Shown here in pieces: positions 45,569 to 56,998 of a DNA stretch of 64,000 nt. The stretch spans positions 1-64,000 of the forward strand of contig OZ025721.1 of the NCBI GenBank assembly GCA_964019335.1, given 5' to 3'. The stretch comes from Diplonema japonicum. Taxonomy: Eukaryota > Protista > Euglenozoa: Diplonemea. Position numbers and translations under genes: made by a program. The notes beneath the pieces were generated by a model, which had not been told where the DNA came from, searched no databases, and saw nothing but the letters and a program-made list of their open reading frames with translations. Each line of letters begins with the position of its first letter. The stretch's first letter is position 1.

Positions 45569-46858
45569 ATGCTTCCAACACCGCAACGAAGACACAAGAA
45601 AAGGCCCATCACGCAAATGTTAACCCTATTACTGATCACGGGTATCGTGGGTTGGTATTTACTACTGAAAGGCGTGGACCGCTCGTCAGGAGGTGACATC
45701 AACAACAACAACAACAACAACAACAACCGAGTTACAACCATAAATGAAAAAGGAAAGTGCTACTACAAAATAACAGGGGGCGGGGTTTGCGCAGAAGCGA
45801 AGAAGATAGTCATTTATGGTGCAGAACAAGATGAACCAAAGAAGATTCTGCCCTTATGCACAGGCTTCCCCCAAAAGAAACCCGAGGGAAGCGAGGCTAC
45901 CGTCGAAACCACAACAAGACAACTCGAGACCAACGGCAACCCCCCCGAGAAGATCGGCTACTTTGTCATGCTCACCTTGGAGTCTAATCTGTTCCATGTC
46001 CTCCGCGACACGATAGCTAACGTAGTGGATATGATTGAGGAGCAAGGCGGGTTTCCGGACAAAGCCCGTGTGTTTTTTCTTCCAAAAAACCCGGCTTTTC
46101 AACGCATCGACCACCGGGCGTACCACCCCCTGTTCTCGGGTATCACAGGCGGGGGGAGAAACGAATTTGAAAACCTGTTCACATATGTCGGTGAAAACAC
46201 TGAAAAAATATGCGTCACCACAGCGTACATAGGGCAGCCTTTCAAAGGCTACACAAACGGCAATGCGGGCAGGCTTTCTACGTACAAGCAACGGGTGTAC
46301 CATTCCCTTGGCGTTATTGATGAAACACTAAGCAACAAAATCACTATTGTTGATCGTGGCAACACCGATGAGGACGTGAACAGAAAAATCGGGAATCTTG
46401 ACGAGATTATGAAGGCGGCGCTTGTGCGGGGTTTCGAAACGCAGGTCAAGCGGTTCCACAAGCTCACTCTGTTGGAACAGCTGCAGGCTACACGAAGCTC
46501 CTCCGTCCTTTTGTCGTCGCACGGCCAAGCCCTCTCCTGGTGCGCGTTCCTCCCCCTTAATGGGATCTGCTTTGAGATCGGGCTTTGGAAGGATACCCGC
46601 CCCGATTACAAGTTGCTGTCAAAGTGGTCGGGCGTCACGTCCATCTTCATCCCACTGCCCAACCCCGACCAGGTGACCTTCCCACTTCTCCCTTCCGTGA
46701 CAGAGCAGGAGAAGCGCGCCATCGACTACTACCACCCGTACAGCAATTATGTCCACAGGCAGAAGCAGATCATCTACCCCGACATCATCTTAGTTACCGA
46801 GAAGCTCGACGTTGCAAAAAGACTGCTCATAGAGCATGGGGGGGTTGGGTTTACTTAA
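45569..46858 (+). CDS. Glycosyltransferase family 61 (type II membrane)
   Basis: TM segment and Asn run, NLFHVLRD, IVDR...RKIGNLDEI, LLEQLQATRSSSVLLSSHGQALSW. Confidence 0.85.
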   Translation: MLPTPQRRHKKRPITQMLTLLLITGIVGWYLLLKGVDRSSGGDINNNNNNNNNRVTTINEKGKCYYKITGGGVCAEAKKIVIYGAEQDEPKKILPLCTGFPQKKPEGSEATVETTTRQLETNGNPPEKIGYFVMLTLESNLFHVLRDTIANVVDMIEEQGGFPDKARVFFLPKNPAFQRIDHRAYHPLFSGITGGGRNEFENLFTYVGENTEKICVTTAYIGQPFKGYTNGNAGRLSTYKQRVYHSLGVIDETLSNKITIVDRGNTDEDVNRKIGNLDEIMKAALVRGFETQVKRFHKLTLLEQLQATRSSSVLLSSHGQALSWCAFLPLNGICFEIGLWKDTRPDYKLLSKWSGVTSIFIPLPNPDQVTFPLLPSVTEQEKRAIDYYHPYSNYVHRQKQIIYPDIILVTEKLDVAKRLLIEHGGVGFT

Positions 46859-46940
46859 ATTTTCCGCGCTCCCCCCCCCACTTTTTTTTTTTCTCGTTTC
46901 ACAATTTTTTTATTAAAAAAAAGAGAAAATAAAAGATGCG

Positions 46941-48875
<1,935 letters not shown>

Positions 48876-48986
48876 TGTCTCCCAGTAATCCATTGTAATC
48901 TCTCTTTTTTTTTTTATTTAAAAAATTCTGTTTTCCTCTTCTTACTTATTCTGTGCTACCTGACCCCTCACCCTCACCATCCAGAA

Positions 48987-50738
48987 ATGATGGCTGGTGT
49001 GTCGCATGAAGTGCTGGACGGGGACGAGTCGTACCTCGGCGATGCTGACGAGATGGAAGTCGAGGAGTCGAGGGGGCTCTGCATGGAGGAGGAACTTGCG
49101 TCCCTAAGGGGTGAGAAGTGCTACCTGGAGTACAGGACCACAGAGCTGGAGGACCAGGTTGCGAAGATGAAGACACAAGCGGCACAACATGACAGCGAAG
49201 ACGACAGGACCATCAAGCGGCTGGAAGAGGAACTCCTCGCCTACAAGGAAGGCATCGACCAGGCAAAGGGCGCACTAGAGGCAACGCTGCAAGAGAAGAA
49301 GACACTGGAGACGAAACTCAAGTCATCCGAGGCTGTCTTCAACGAGAGGAAGAGGAACTTCGACCACATCATTACGATCTTCGGCGAGGAGAAGAAGACC
49401 ATCATCGAGTCCAAGCGAGAGCTGGAGGAGAAGGTAAAAATTCTCGAGGCCGAGAACGAAAAACTGTGTTCAAACGGTAACATCGCTGAGGGAGACGCCT
49501 TCGGCAGCACACAAGAGCGCATCGGCGAGCTGGAAACAATGCTGGGACAGTCAGGTCTGGCGAGACAGGAACAAGAAGAGCTCATCACACAGCTGGAGAA
49601 GGAGAAAGCTGACGTAATGGAAAAGCTCGAGGCGCAAACAAAAAACGCAAGATCGAGAGAAGAAGAAGTGAGGACAAAGAGCAGCGAACTAACAGACTTA
49701 AAAATGTACGTGGGAAAGAAATCCCAGCAGTGGGAGACGTACAAAGAAGAAGCAGCTGCCGCGAAGAAGAACCTCGAGTTGCGCTTCGACGAGCGCTGCA
49801 AGGAGCTCGACCAGATGCAGCTCACCCTCCAAAAGCACAAGGAGTACACCAATGACGTGAAGCGTGCCCTCCACGAACGAGAATCGGAAATCAAATCCCT
49901 GACAGCCAACCAACGAGACGACACCGGGTATGGGGACACGGAGCTCATGTCCCTTTTGGAAGACAAGGAGAGGGTCATCGAAGACCTCACAAAACAGGTG
50001 AAAGAAAACAACACAACAGACGAGGTATTGGCGGGGAAAAAAAAAAGGGAGAAAAAAAAAAATACCACAAGGCTAAGAGGGGCGACGAGATGATGCAATT
50101 GGTGAACCGCAACAAATCTTTGGAGGATGAGGTCATGGGGTTGAAATCGTTGGTATGAATGAAACAAAAAAAAAAAAAAATTGAATTTAAAAAAAAAAAA
50201 AAAGGTATTTAAGCTAGAACACCGTGCATACAGCAAGGAGCCCTCAATGGGGATGGGGAAGAGCGCAGCCACAGCAGGACATAGAAACGTGTCGCCTGCG
50301 ATGCAACGAAGTGGGAGCAACGGGCGGGCGGGGTTGAAGTTCCCATCGCCCACAAGAAGATCCATGATGTGTACATCGCCCACAGGCAGGGGACCCGTCA
50401 GCAACGGTAGCTCGAGGACCCCGATCGCTGCCAAGGGGGGCAGGTCGCCATCTCATAGGAGCTCCCCCAGCCCTCGTGCTGTCTCTCCTAGTGCTTCGCA
50501 CCGTAGTTCGCTTTCTTCAAGGGTTGCCCTTAGCAATGCTATTACAAAGGCCACGGTGAACTCCATTGTGGTAGAGGACCGCAGGAGGCACTCGTGTTCA
50601 TCCCCATCTCGTAAAGGGTACACAACGACCGTGCACCCTTCCAGCACTGCACTTAGACCCCCTTCCCGTGTTGGCAGGAAGTCGTCTTCCTCTTCGACTC
50701 CTCTTTCTACCCGGGCTGTTAATGTAGTTGACATGTAG
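48987..50738 (+). CDS. Coiled-coil protein with a Ser/Pro/Arg-rich tail (introns 50025-50071, 50153-50204)
   Basis: The introns join ...TTDE / AKRGDEMMQ...LKSL / VFKLEHR in frame. Confidence 0.85.
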
Positions 50739-50847
50739 ACACCAAAGGCAGAGGGGCGTAGTTTATAGATGTACAGTCCTTGTAGGGGGGGAAAAAAAGT
50801 GAAGTTTTGAAAGGGGAAAAAAAAAAAGAAGAACAAAGATACTTCTC

Positions 50848-50887
<40 letters not shown>

Positions 50888-51367
50888 AGATTTTTTATAC
50901 ACCCTTCACCCCCCCCTTTTGTAACCTTTCCCCCCCCCCCCTTTTTTTCCCCCTCTTTTTCTCGTTCTCGGGGGTGGGGGGAGAGAGAGAGAGGGGGGGG
51001 GAAAGCTTTTCGATAAAGGTAGATCTGTTCGTAGGAAATGAAAGAAAAAAAGAAGTGTCAGTTCCTTGTTGTTTTCTTCTTCTTTTTTTTTTCTTTCTCT
51101 TTTTTTTCTCTTTTTTTCTTAGAAGTTTTTTCATTACCCCTCTTTAAATGTTTCCTTTCGCCCTCCCCCCCCCCCCCCCCCCCCCTCCTCGTGCCCCTGC
51201 CACCTGCTTTTTTCTTCATAGATTTTTTTTGTGGAATTACGTGGATTTTTTTTCTTTTGATTCTTCATTCACCCCCTCCCTTAAAAAAAGGGCAATTAAA
51301 CTACGGAAAAACAGGAGGGGCACGGAGGAGAAGAAAAAAAAAAGGGGGTATACAAAAGGACCCCTCT

Positions 51368-54300
51368 ATGCACATTGTTCTGATCCAAGGGAAATGGAGG
51401 GACAGGGCAGGAAACATGTGGGTGGTGAAGGGGAACAGGGCGAGAGTAACCCTTCTCGACTCGGGCCAAGTGCAGGAACACGTGATAGGGGATGAGGTGC
51501 TCCTGATAGGGTCGGGGATCGTGAGGATCAGCGACGACGAAAGGGAAGTAGAGTGGTCCGACGGAGACAGGTGGTACAGAATCGAATACAAAAACAAATC
51601 GCAACCTTGGGAAGAGCTGGAAGACCCCAAGTTGTCCCCTAGACGATACGGGTTCTCTACCCATTCAACAGAAGCGAGATCACCACCGCAGAACCAGTCT
51701 TACGAAAAGTTCGACAAGTACGAACAGCAGGAGCCTATCCGCACCTATTTGTCACGTGATGTTCTGGACGAGAAGTCTGTGTCACCTGTGAGGAGGCGTT
51801 GCCTCGAACCCAGCAGTTACTACGACTCTCTCGTGGAGCCCGCGGAGGGTGCGGTAGAAGAGTTTGCAAGTCTTCACAGTAGGGCAGGTACGCCCATTGT
51901 TACACGTGCCCACCCGCAGCACCTCTACGAGGTTGCGACACGGGTCACGCCTATCCCCCGTGCGCCCATCACACCTCTTGCTGAGTACGCTGCCGTGCTC
52001 CACACCAGCAGAGCTCGCACCCCTTCACCCTCCCCGTCGCCGCCTCAGCCACGGCCTTGCAAAGTCACTGCTGCGACGTCGACCTCCCGCCCTGTGACAC
52101 CCGTCACCCCCGAAGGACGGCACGATTTCCAAGCAAAAGAAGCGGAGCTGTCGCACAAGGAACTCGAAATGAAGAAGCAAATCGAACAGCAACGGCTGGC
52201 ATTAGAGCAGGAAAGACGCAACCTCCAGGAGATGGACGAGGAAAGGAAGCGGAAGGAACAGCAGGTGGAGCGACAGATGAAGGAGGCAGATGAGCGATTC
52301 AGAACTGCCGAGCAGCGTGCCAAGGAGGTGGAACAACGCGAAGAGGAGCTGAGGCGGCTTGAGGCAGAAAAGAAACGCGAGCTGGTGGAGAAGCAGAAGC
52401 AGATTGAACTAGAGCGTCGGCAGGCACAGCAGCAGATGCAGCGTTACAAGGAAGAGGAGGCTGCACGGCGGATGAGTTTGACGGAGTCGGAGCTCAGCCA
52501 CTCACGTGACGTGCAGGAACATGAGAAGCTCATGACAGAAGAACGCGCAAGGCAGCTCGAGAAGCAGCGGCAACTGGCAGCACGCGAGGAGGAGCATCAA
52601 GAGAGGGCTCTTGCAGAACTCCACGAACTCGACGCACGCGACAGAGCTCTGCGGGAGCAAGAGTTGAAGGACAAGCTGCGCCGCCAGTCACTTTCTGAGA
52701 GGGAGCGTGCTGCCCTCGAACGGGAGCTGAAAGGCCGTGAAGCATTCAACAGAAGCGAAGAAGAGAGGGAGGAGAAGGAACGACAAGAACTTCAACGGCA
52801 GCTGGAAGCACAAGCGCGACTTGACAAAAGGGAACAGGAGCTAAAGAAAAGGGACAGCGTCCTTATTGACAAAGAGCAGGAGCTGGAAGAAGAAGCAGCC
52901 AGGAGGAAATGGGACTTGGACCGAGCACAACGGGAGTGGCAGAGGGATGCAGAAAGGGAAAGGGAACAGGCACGAAAACAATGGGAAGCGCAGTGCAGGG
53001 AAGAGGAGGAAAGGCTCCGAGAACAAGCACGGCAGATGGCGGAACATGAACGAGAGCAACACGAAAAGGATCTTGCGGAGCTCCACGAACTCGACGCACG
53101 CGACAGGGCACTGCGGGAGCAAGAGCTGAAGGACAAACTACTCCGCCAGTCACTTTCCGAGAGGGAGCGTGCCGCCTTTGAGCGGGAGCTGAGAGGCCGT
53201 GAAACATTCAACAGAAGCGAAGAAGAGAGGGAGAAGAATGAAAGAAGGGAGCTGCAGACGGACCTTGCGGAACAGGAAGCAAGGCTCGAACGTGAGCTGG
53301 CAGAGAAGCTACGAAAAAGGAAGAAAGAGCTGGAGGACGAGGCGGCGCAGAGGGAGCGGGACCACGACGCTAGAATGGAACGCGAGATGGATATCAAGCT
53401 GCGAAGGAAGAAGCAGGAGCTTGAAGAAAAAGCTGAAAAGCAAGGGAGGGACCAGCACGACAGGCTGAGCCGTGAATTCGAGACGAAACTTCGCGACAAG
53501 AAAAGCGAGCTCGACGATGAAGCTGCCCGATGGGAAAAGCAGCAAGAGAACAAGCTCCGCAGGCGGACCTTGGAGTTGGAAGCTGATGCCGCTGCAGAGA
53601 GGGAGCGTGCACGAAGGGAACTGGAAGCACAGCGCGAGGAAGAGGAAGCCCGACAGCGCGAGAAGGCAAAACAACTGGCAGCCCGCGAACGAGAGAAGCA
53701 GGAACAAGAGCTTGCAACGCTCCACGAACTCGACGCACGCGACAGAGCACTGCGGGAGCGTGAGATGAAGGACAAGCTGCGTAGCGACAACCTTTCTGAT
53801 AGGGAGCGTGCTGCCCTCGAGCGGGAGCTCAGGGGTCGTGACGCGTTCAACAAAGACGAAGAGGAGAGGGAACGCCGGGAGAGAAATGACCTTCAGAAAA
53901 AATTCAACGAGAAGGAAGCTAAGCTTGACCGGGAGATGGCAGAGAAACTTCGAAGGAAGAAGCAAGAATTAGAAGAAGAAGCGGAGCGCAAGGGCGAAAA
54001 ACAGGAACGCGAGCTTCAAAGGAAAAAGCGAGAACTAGAGGAGGCAGCCAGAAAGGACAAAACCCAGGACGCAGGTGAGTACCGTGAAAAGAAGGAGCGT
54101 ATACGGCAGCCCGAATCACCACAGTGGCAACCCGAGTCCGTGCAGAGGGTGCGAGACACGCCGCAGCCTGCTCTGCCTGTCACACCTGTGAAGCAAGAGT
54201 GGTACTCCTCGCTGGAGAGCATAGCTCCCGCGAGCACATACAGAGGGCAGCCCAGCTGGAGGGATAGTGCCGACGATCCAACAATGTACAGAAGGTCTTC

Positions 54301-55123
54301 CCTGAAGAAGGTCTCTATCAACACAAGCCACATGTTGGACCTAGAACCCCCTGCGTCTCCACCTCTTTTCATGCGGTCCAGTCTGAAGCCTTCCAAACCT
54401 CAAGAGCCCCCGCCAGACATGTACACATACGTCCCGACACCTGCACTGCTGTCGCCCGACAAGGAGCAGCTGCCACCCCACGTGCAACAGGATATGCTAG
54501 TGTGCTCGCCGCCGATGCCCTACATGAGCATGCCAGTCGTCACCAATAAATGGGTGTCTCCGCCTCGCAGGGCTGCACGAGGGCACGACACCGCAGCACG
54601 TGATTCCAGCCTTACCGGTCCTGGTGCTGGTAACGACGCCCACCCTGACATTGTGCTGCATTTGGAGGAGGTTATCAACATGCCGTTCCCTGAGCCTCCT
54701 GCTGAGGTGTACATGTCGTCGAGGAGGGAGAGGAGTCCCTTGCGGGCGCCTGTGAGTGACATGGGATGGCGTGAGCTGGGTAGTGTCATTGACAGGGATT
54801 TGAAGCGACATGTGACCGAGCGTGGCACGTCGCCTACAAGGGAGTGGCCCTCGAGAGGCCCCTCGCTGTCGCCCCCAGTTTCTCCGCATTACCGCCCTGC
54901 ATCATTTCCAACTCCTAAGCACCCCACCAAGCAGTTCGTAGTCCCAGGCGACAGGCACAGCAGCATCGCTAACCTGGCTCCCGGCGAACGGGTCCAGGTC
55001 CGGAACAAACTGTCCGACCCATGGCAGACAGGCACTCTCCGCTCCACAAGGGGCAACAAGGTGCAGGTCGACGGCTGGTCCTCCTCCACCTCCTGGCGCT
55101 TCATGCAACGCCTGCAGCTATAG
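51368..55123 (+). CDS. Large charged coiled-coil protein with three internal ~50-aa repeats and small Trp-rich terminal domains
   Basis: Unit LHELDARDRALREQELKDKL..QSLSERERAALERELKGREAFN.SEEERE occurs 3x. Start placed at MHIVLIQG. Confidence 0.85.
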   Translation: MHIVLIQGKWRDRAGNMWVVKGNRARVTLLDSGQVQEHVIGDEVLLIGSGIVRISDDEREVEWSDGDRWYRIEYKNKSQPWEELEDPKLSPRRYGFSTHSTEARSPPQNQSYEKFDKYEQQEPIRTYLSRDVLDEKSVSPVRRRCLEPSSYYDSLVEPAEGAVEEFASLHSRAGTPIVTRAHPQHLYEVATRVTPIPRAPITPLAEYAAVLHTSRARTPSPSPSPPQPRPCKVTAATSTSRPVTPVTPEGRHDFQAKEAELSHKELEMKKQIEQQRLALEQERRNLQEMDEERKRKEQQVERQMKEADERFRTAEQRAKEVEQREEELRRLEAEKKRELVEKQKQIELERRQAQQQMQRYKEEEAARRMSLTESELSHSRDVQEHEKLMTEERARQLEKQRQLAAREEEHQERALAELHELDARDRALREQELKDKLRRQSLSERERAALERELKGREAFNRSEEEREEKERQELQRQLEAQARLDKREQELKKRDSVLIDKEQELEEEAARRKWDLDRAQREWQRDAEREREQARKQWEAQCREEEERLREQARQMAEHEREQHEKDLAELHELDARDRALREQELKDKLLRQSLSERERAAFERELRGRETFNRSEEEREKNERRELQTDLAEQEARLERELAEKLRKRKKELEDEAAQRERDHDARMEREMDIKLRRKKQELEEKAEKQGRDQHDRLSREFETKLRDKKSELDDEAARWEKQQENKLRRRTLELEADAAAERERARRELEAQREEEEARQREKAKQLAAREREKQEQELATLHELDARDRALREREMKDKLRSDNLSDRERAALERELRGRDAFNKDEEERERRERNDLQKKFNEKEAKLDREMAEKLRRKKQELEEEAERKGEKQERELQRKKRELEEAARKDKTQDAGEYREKKERIRQPESPQWQPESVQRVRDTPQPALPVTPVKQEWYSSLESIAPASTYRGQPSWRDSADDPTMYRRSSLKKVSINTSHMLDLEPPASPPLFMRSSLKPSKPQEPPPDMYTYVPTPALLSPDKEQLPPHVQQDMLVCSPPMPYMSMPVVTNKWVSPPRRAARGHDTAARDSSLTGPGAGNDAHPDIVLHLEEVINMPFPEPPAEVYMSSRRERSPLRAPVSDMGWRELGSVIDRDLKRHVTERGTSPTREWPSRGPSLSPPVSPHYRPASFPTPKHPTKQFVVPGDRHSSIANLAPGERVQVRNKLSDPWQTGTLRSTRGNKVQVDGWSSSTSWRFMQRLQL

Positions 55124-55376
55124 ATCTTCCATCTACTGATGAGACGTGTCGAAATACCTTTTACCCCCCACCCCCCTTAATCTTTTTTTACGTTGTGAAT
55201 GTATTGTACCTCATCCCCCCCCCCCGTACTTGTAGCCTTTTTTCTTTTCTATTTGTAGTTATCCTCCTGTTTGTTGCTAGAAAACTTTTTTTTTTTCCTC
55301 CTTCTTCTTTTTGTTTTTGTGTCCCCCTTTTTTTTCGCTCAAAAAAAAAAAACCCCCACCACAGGAAGTGCCCCAC

Positions 55377-56165
55377 ATGCCTATACCATGGAGGCATGTC
55401 GCAGAGGGGGTGTTCGCGGTGACAGTGGTGACGGCCGCGGTGGCGAGCGTGATAACCAGCGGGCAAGCAAAGCAGGGAAAGAACGCGAAAGACGAAGGGA
55501 ACGAGTGCACGGTGGCGGGCACGAAATTCGCGTGGCTGGTGCAGGCGTGTTTGCTGGCGATGGCAATCGGGATATTGGGATACAAAAGATGGAGGGAGGT
55601 CCCGAGACGGCCGTGGAAGGTGTTCCTAATGGACGCAACCAAGCAAGGCGTGTCGAGCGGCGCAGCGCACATGTGCGGCATGGTGTCAACGATCATCCTC
55701 TCACATGCCACCGAAGAAAAACTAGAGTGCGGCTGGTACCTAATGGCCTTCATGATCGATACCACCTTTGGGGTGTACGTGGCCTACCGCTTGCTGCGCC
55801 GTTTAGAGCGTGAGGCACTGTCACGTGACTGGCCTTCTCTCATCAGCTCGGGCAGCTACAAAGCCCCAAACAGGGACCACGATCCTATAGCTGACCCCGA
55901 CACCACAGTTTGGCTGAAGCAGCTCTCTTCCTTCACCTTCATTGTTATACTTGCACGGGGTGCATCTCTGTCTGTCGTGACCTCGTTGCTCTACCCCTTG
56001 GATTTCGTGGTGGTTCTTATTTGTAAAGTTTTTAAGGGGCATCCCAAGGCGTTCCTGGTGTGTGTCATGGTTTTAGGACCCGGTCTTCTCAACACTGTGC
56101 AGTGGTGGGTGCAAGACAACTTCTTGAAGAAGCAACCGCATGGGTTGCTGATCGGTATGCGTTGA
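55377..56165 (+). CDS. STIMATE: STIMATE/TMEM110-family membrane protein
   Basis: YKRWREVPRRPWKVFLMDATKQG, ECGWYLMAFMIDTTFGV, LNTVQWWVQDNFLK. Confidence 0.85.
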   Translation: MPIPWRHVAEGVFAVTVVTAAVASVITSGQAKQGKNAKDEGNECTVAGTKFAWLVQACLLAMAIGILGYKRWREVPRRPWKVFLMDATKQGVSSGAAHMCGMVSTIILSHATEEKLECGWYLMAFMIDTTFGVYVAYRLLRRLEREALSRDWPSLISSGSYKAPNRDHDPIADPDTTVWLKQLSSFTFIVILARGASLSVVTSLLYPLDFVVVLICKVFKGHPKAFLVCVMVLGPGLLNTVQWWVQDNFLKKQPHGLLIGMR

Positions 56166-56186
56166 ACAAGATTTTTTTTCAAATTA

Positions 56187-56509
56187 TGAGCTCGTCCCGG
56201 GAAAAAAATGTCCTTTTTAGGTGAATTTCCAAGTAGAAAAGTAGTCCGACACCACTTTGTGTGCAGGATTGCGGTCTAGGCTTGATCACCATTATATGAA
56301 AAACCCCAGATGGATAGAGAATGCAAGCTTGGCTCCAAAGATACCAATGTCGAAGCTCTGCATGCGTAAAGCCCGACCCTGGGTTGTAACCAGGTACATC
56401 TTCCTATGGTTGCATGCTGCCCTTTTTTTTGCTCAAATAATCAAAACAAATGAATTTTCGAACTGCCAAAAAAAAAAAGAGTGTGGACATTTTAATGCGG
56501 ATGAGCTCA
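56187..56509. mobile_element. TA-flanked MITE (~320 bp) just after the STIMATE stop codon
   Basis: TA|TGAGCTCGTCC......AAAATGTCC versus GGACATTTT......GGATGAGCTCA|TA. Confidence 0.65.
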
Positions 56510-56998
56510 TATTTATTTTATTTTTTTATTTTTTAGAAGGGGACGAAGAGGACGATCTCCTTGCTGAGAATGCAACCGGGTCCTTTGACACTAGCTTTGC
56601 GATGAACGACGCTCTTGAGATTAATACAGAAATGTAAAAAAAAAAAGAAGTAGAAAAAAAAAGAAAGGATGCATGATTTTTTTTTTTTTCCATTTCGCTC
56701 TCTAGCCTCCTTTTCTTTTCTTTTCTATTTGTGTGTTTGCGGACAAAAAAAAAACCCTCCCCCAGTTATAGTTAAAAAAGCAAACAAAAAAAAAGAGAAA
56801 ACCTGTTCCACTCTATCGGAGGGAGGTGGGGATGAAGAAATACAAAAAAAGAAAACAGATCTTTCCCCCCCCTCTCTCTCCCTGCCCCTTCTAAAAAAGA
56901 ATCTTTTCATTTTCTTCCCACTCCCCCTCTTCCTTTTTATATATTATCATCAACACGCACACCCTCTGTAGAAAAGGAGTTTTTTTTTTCCATAGCAA

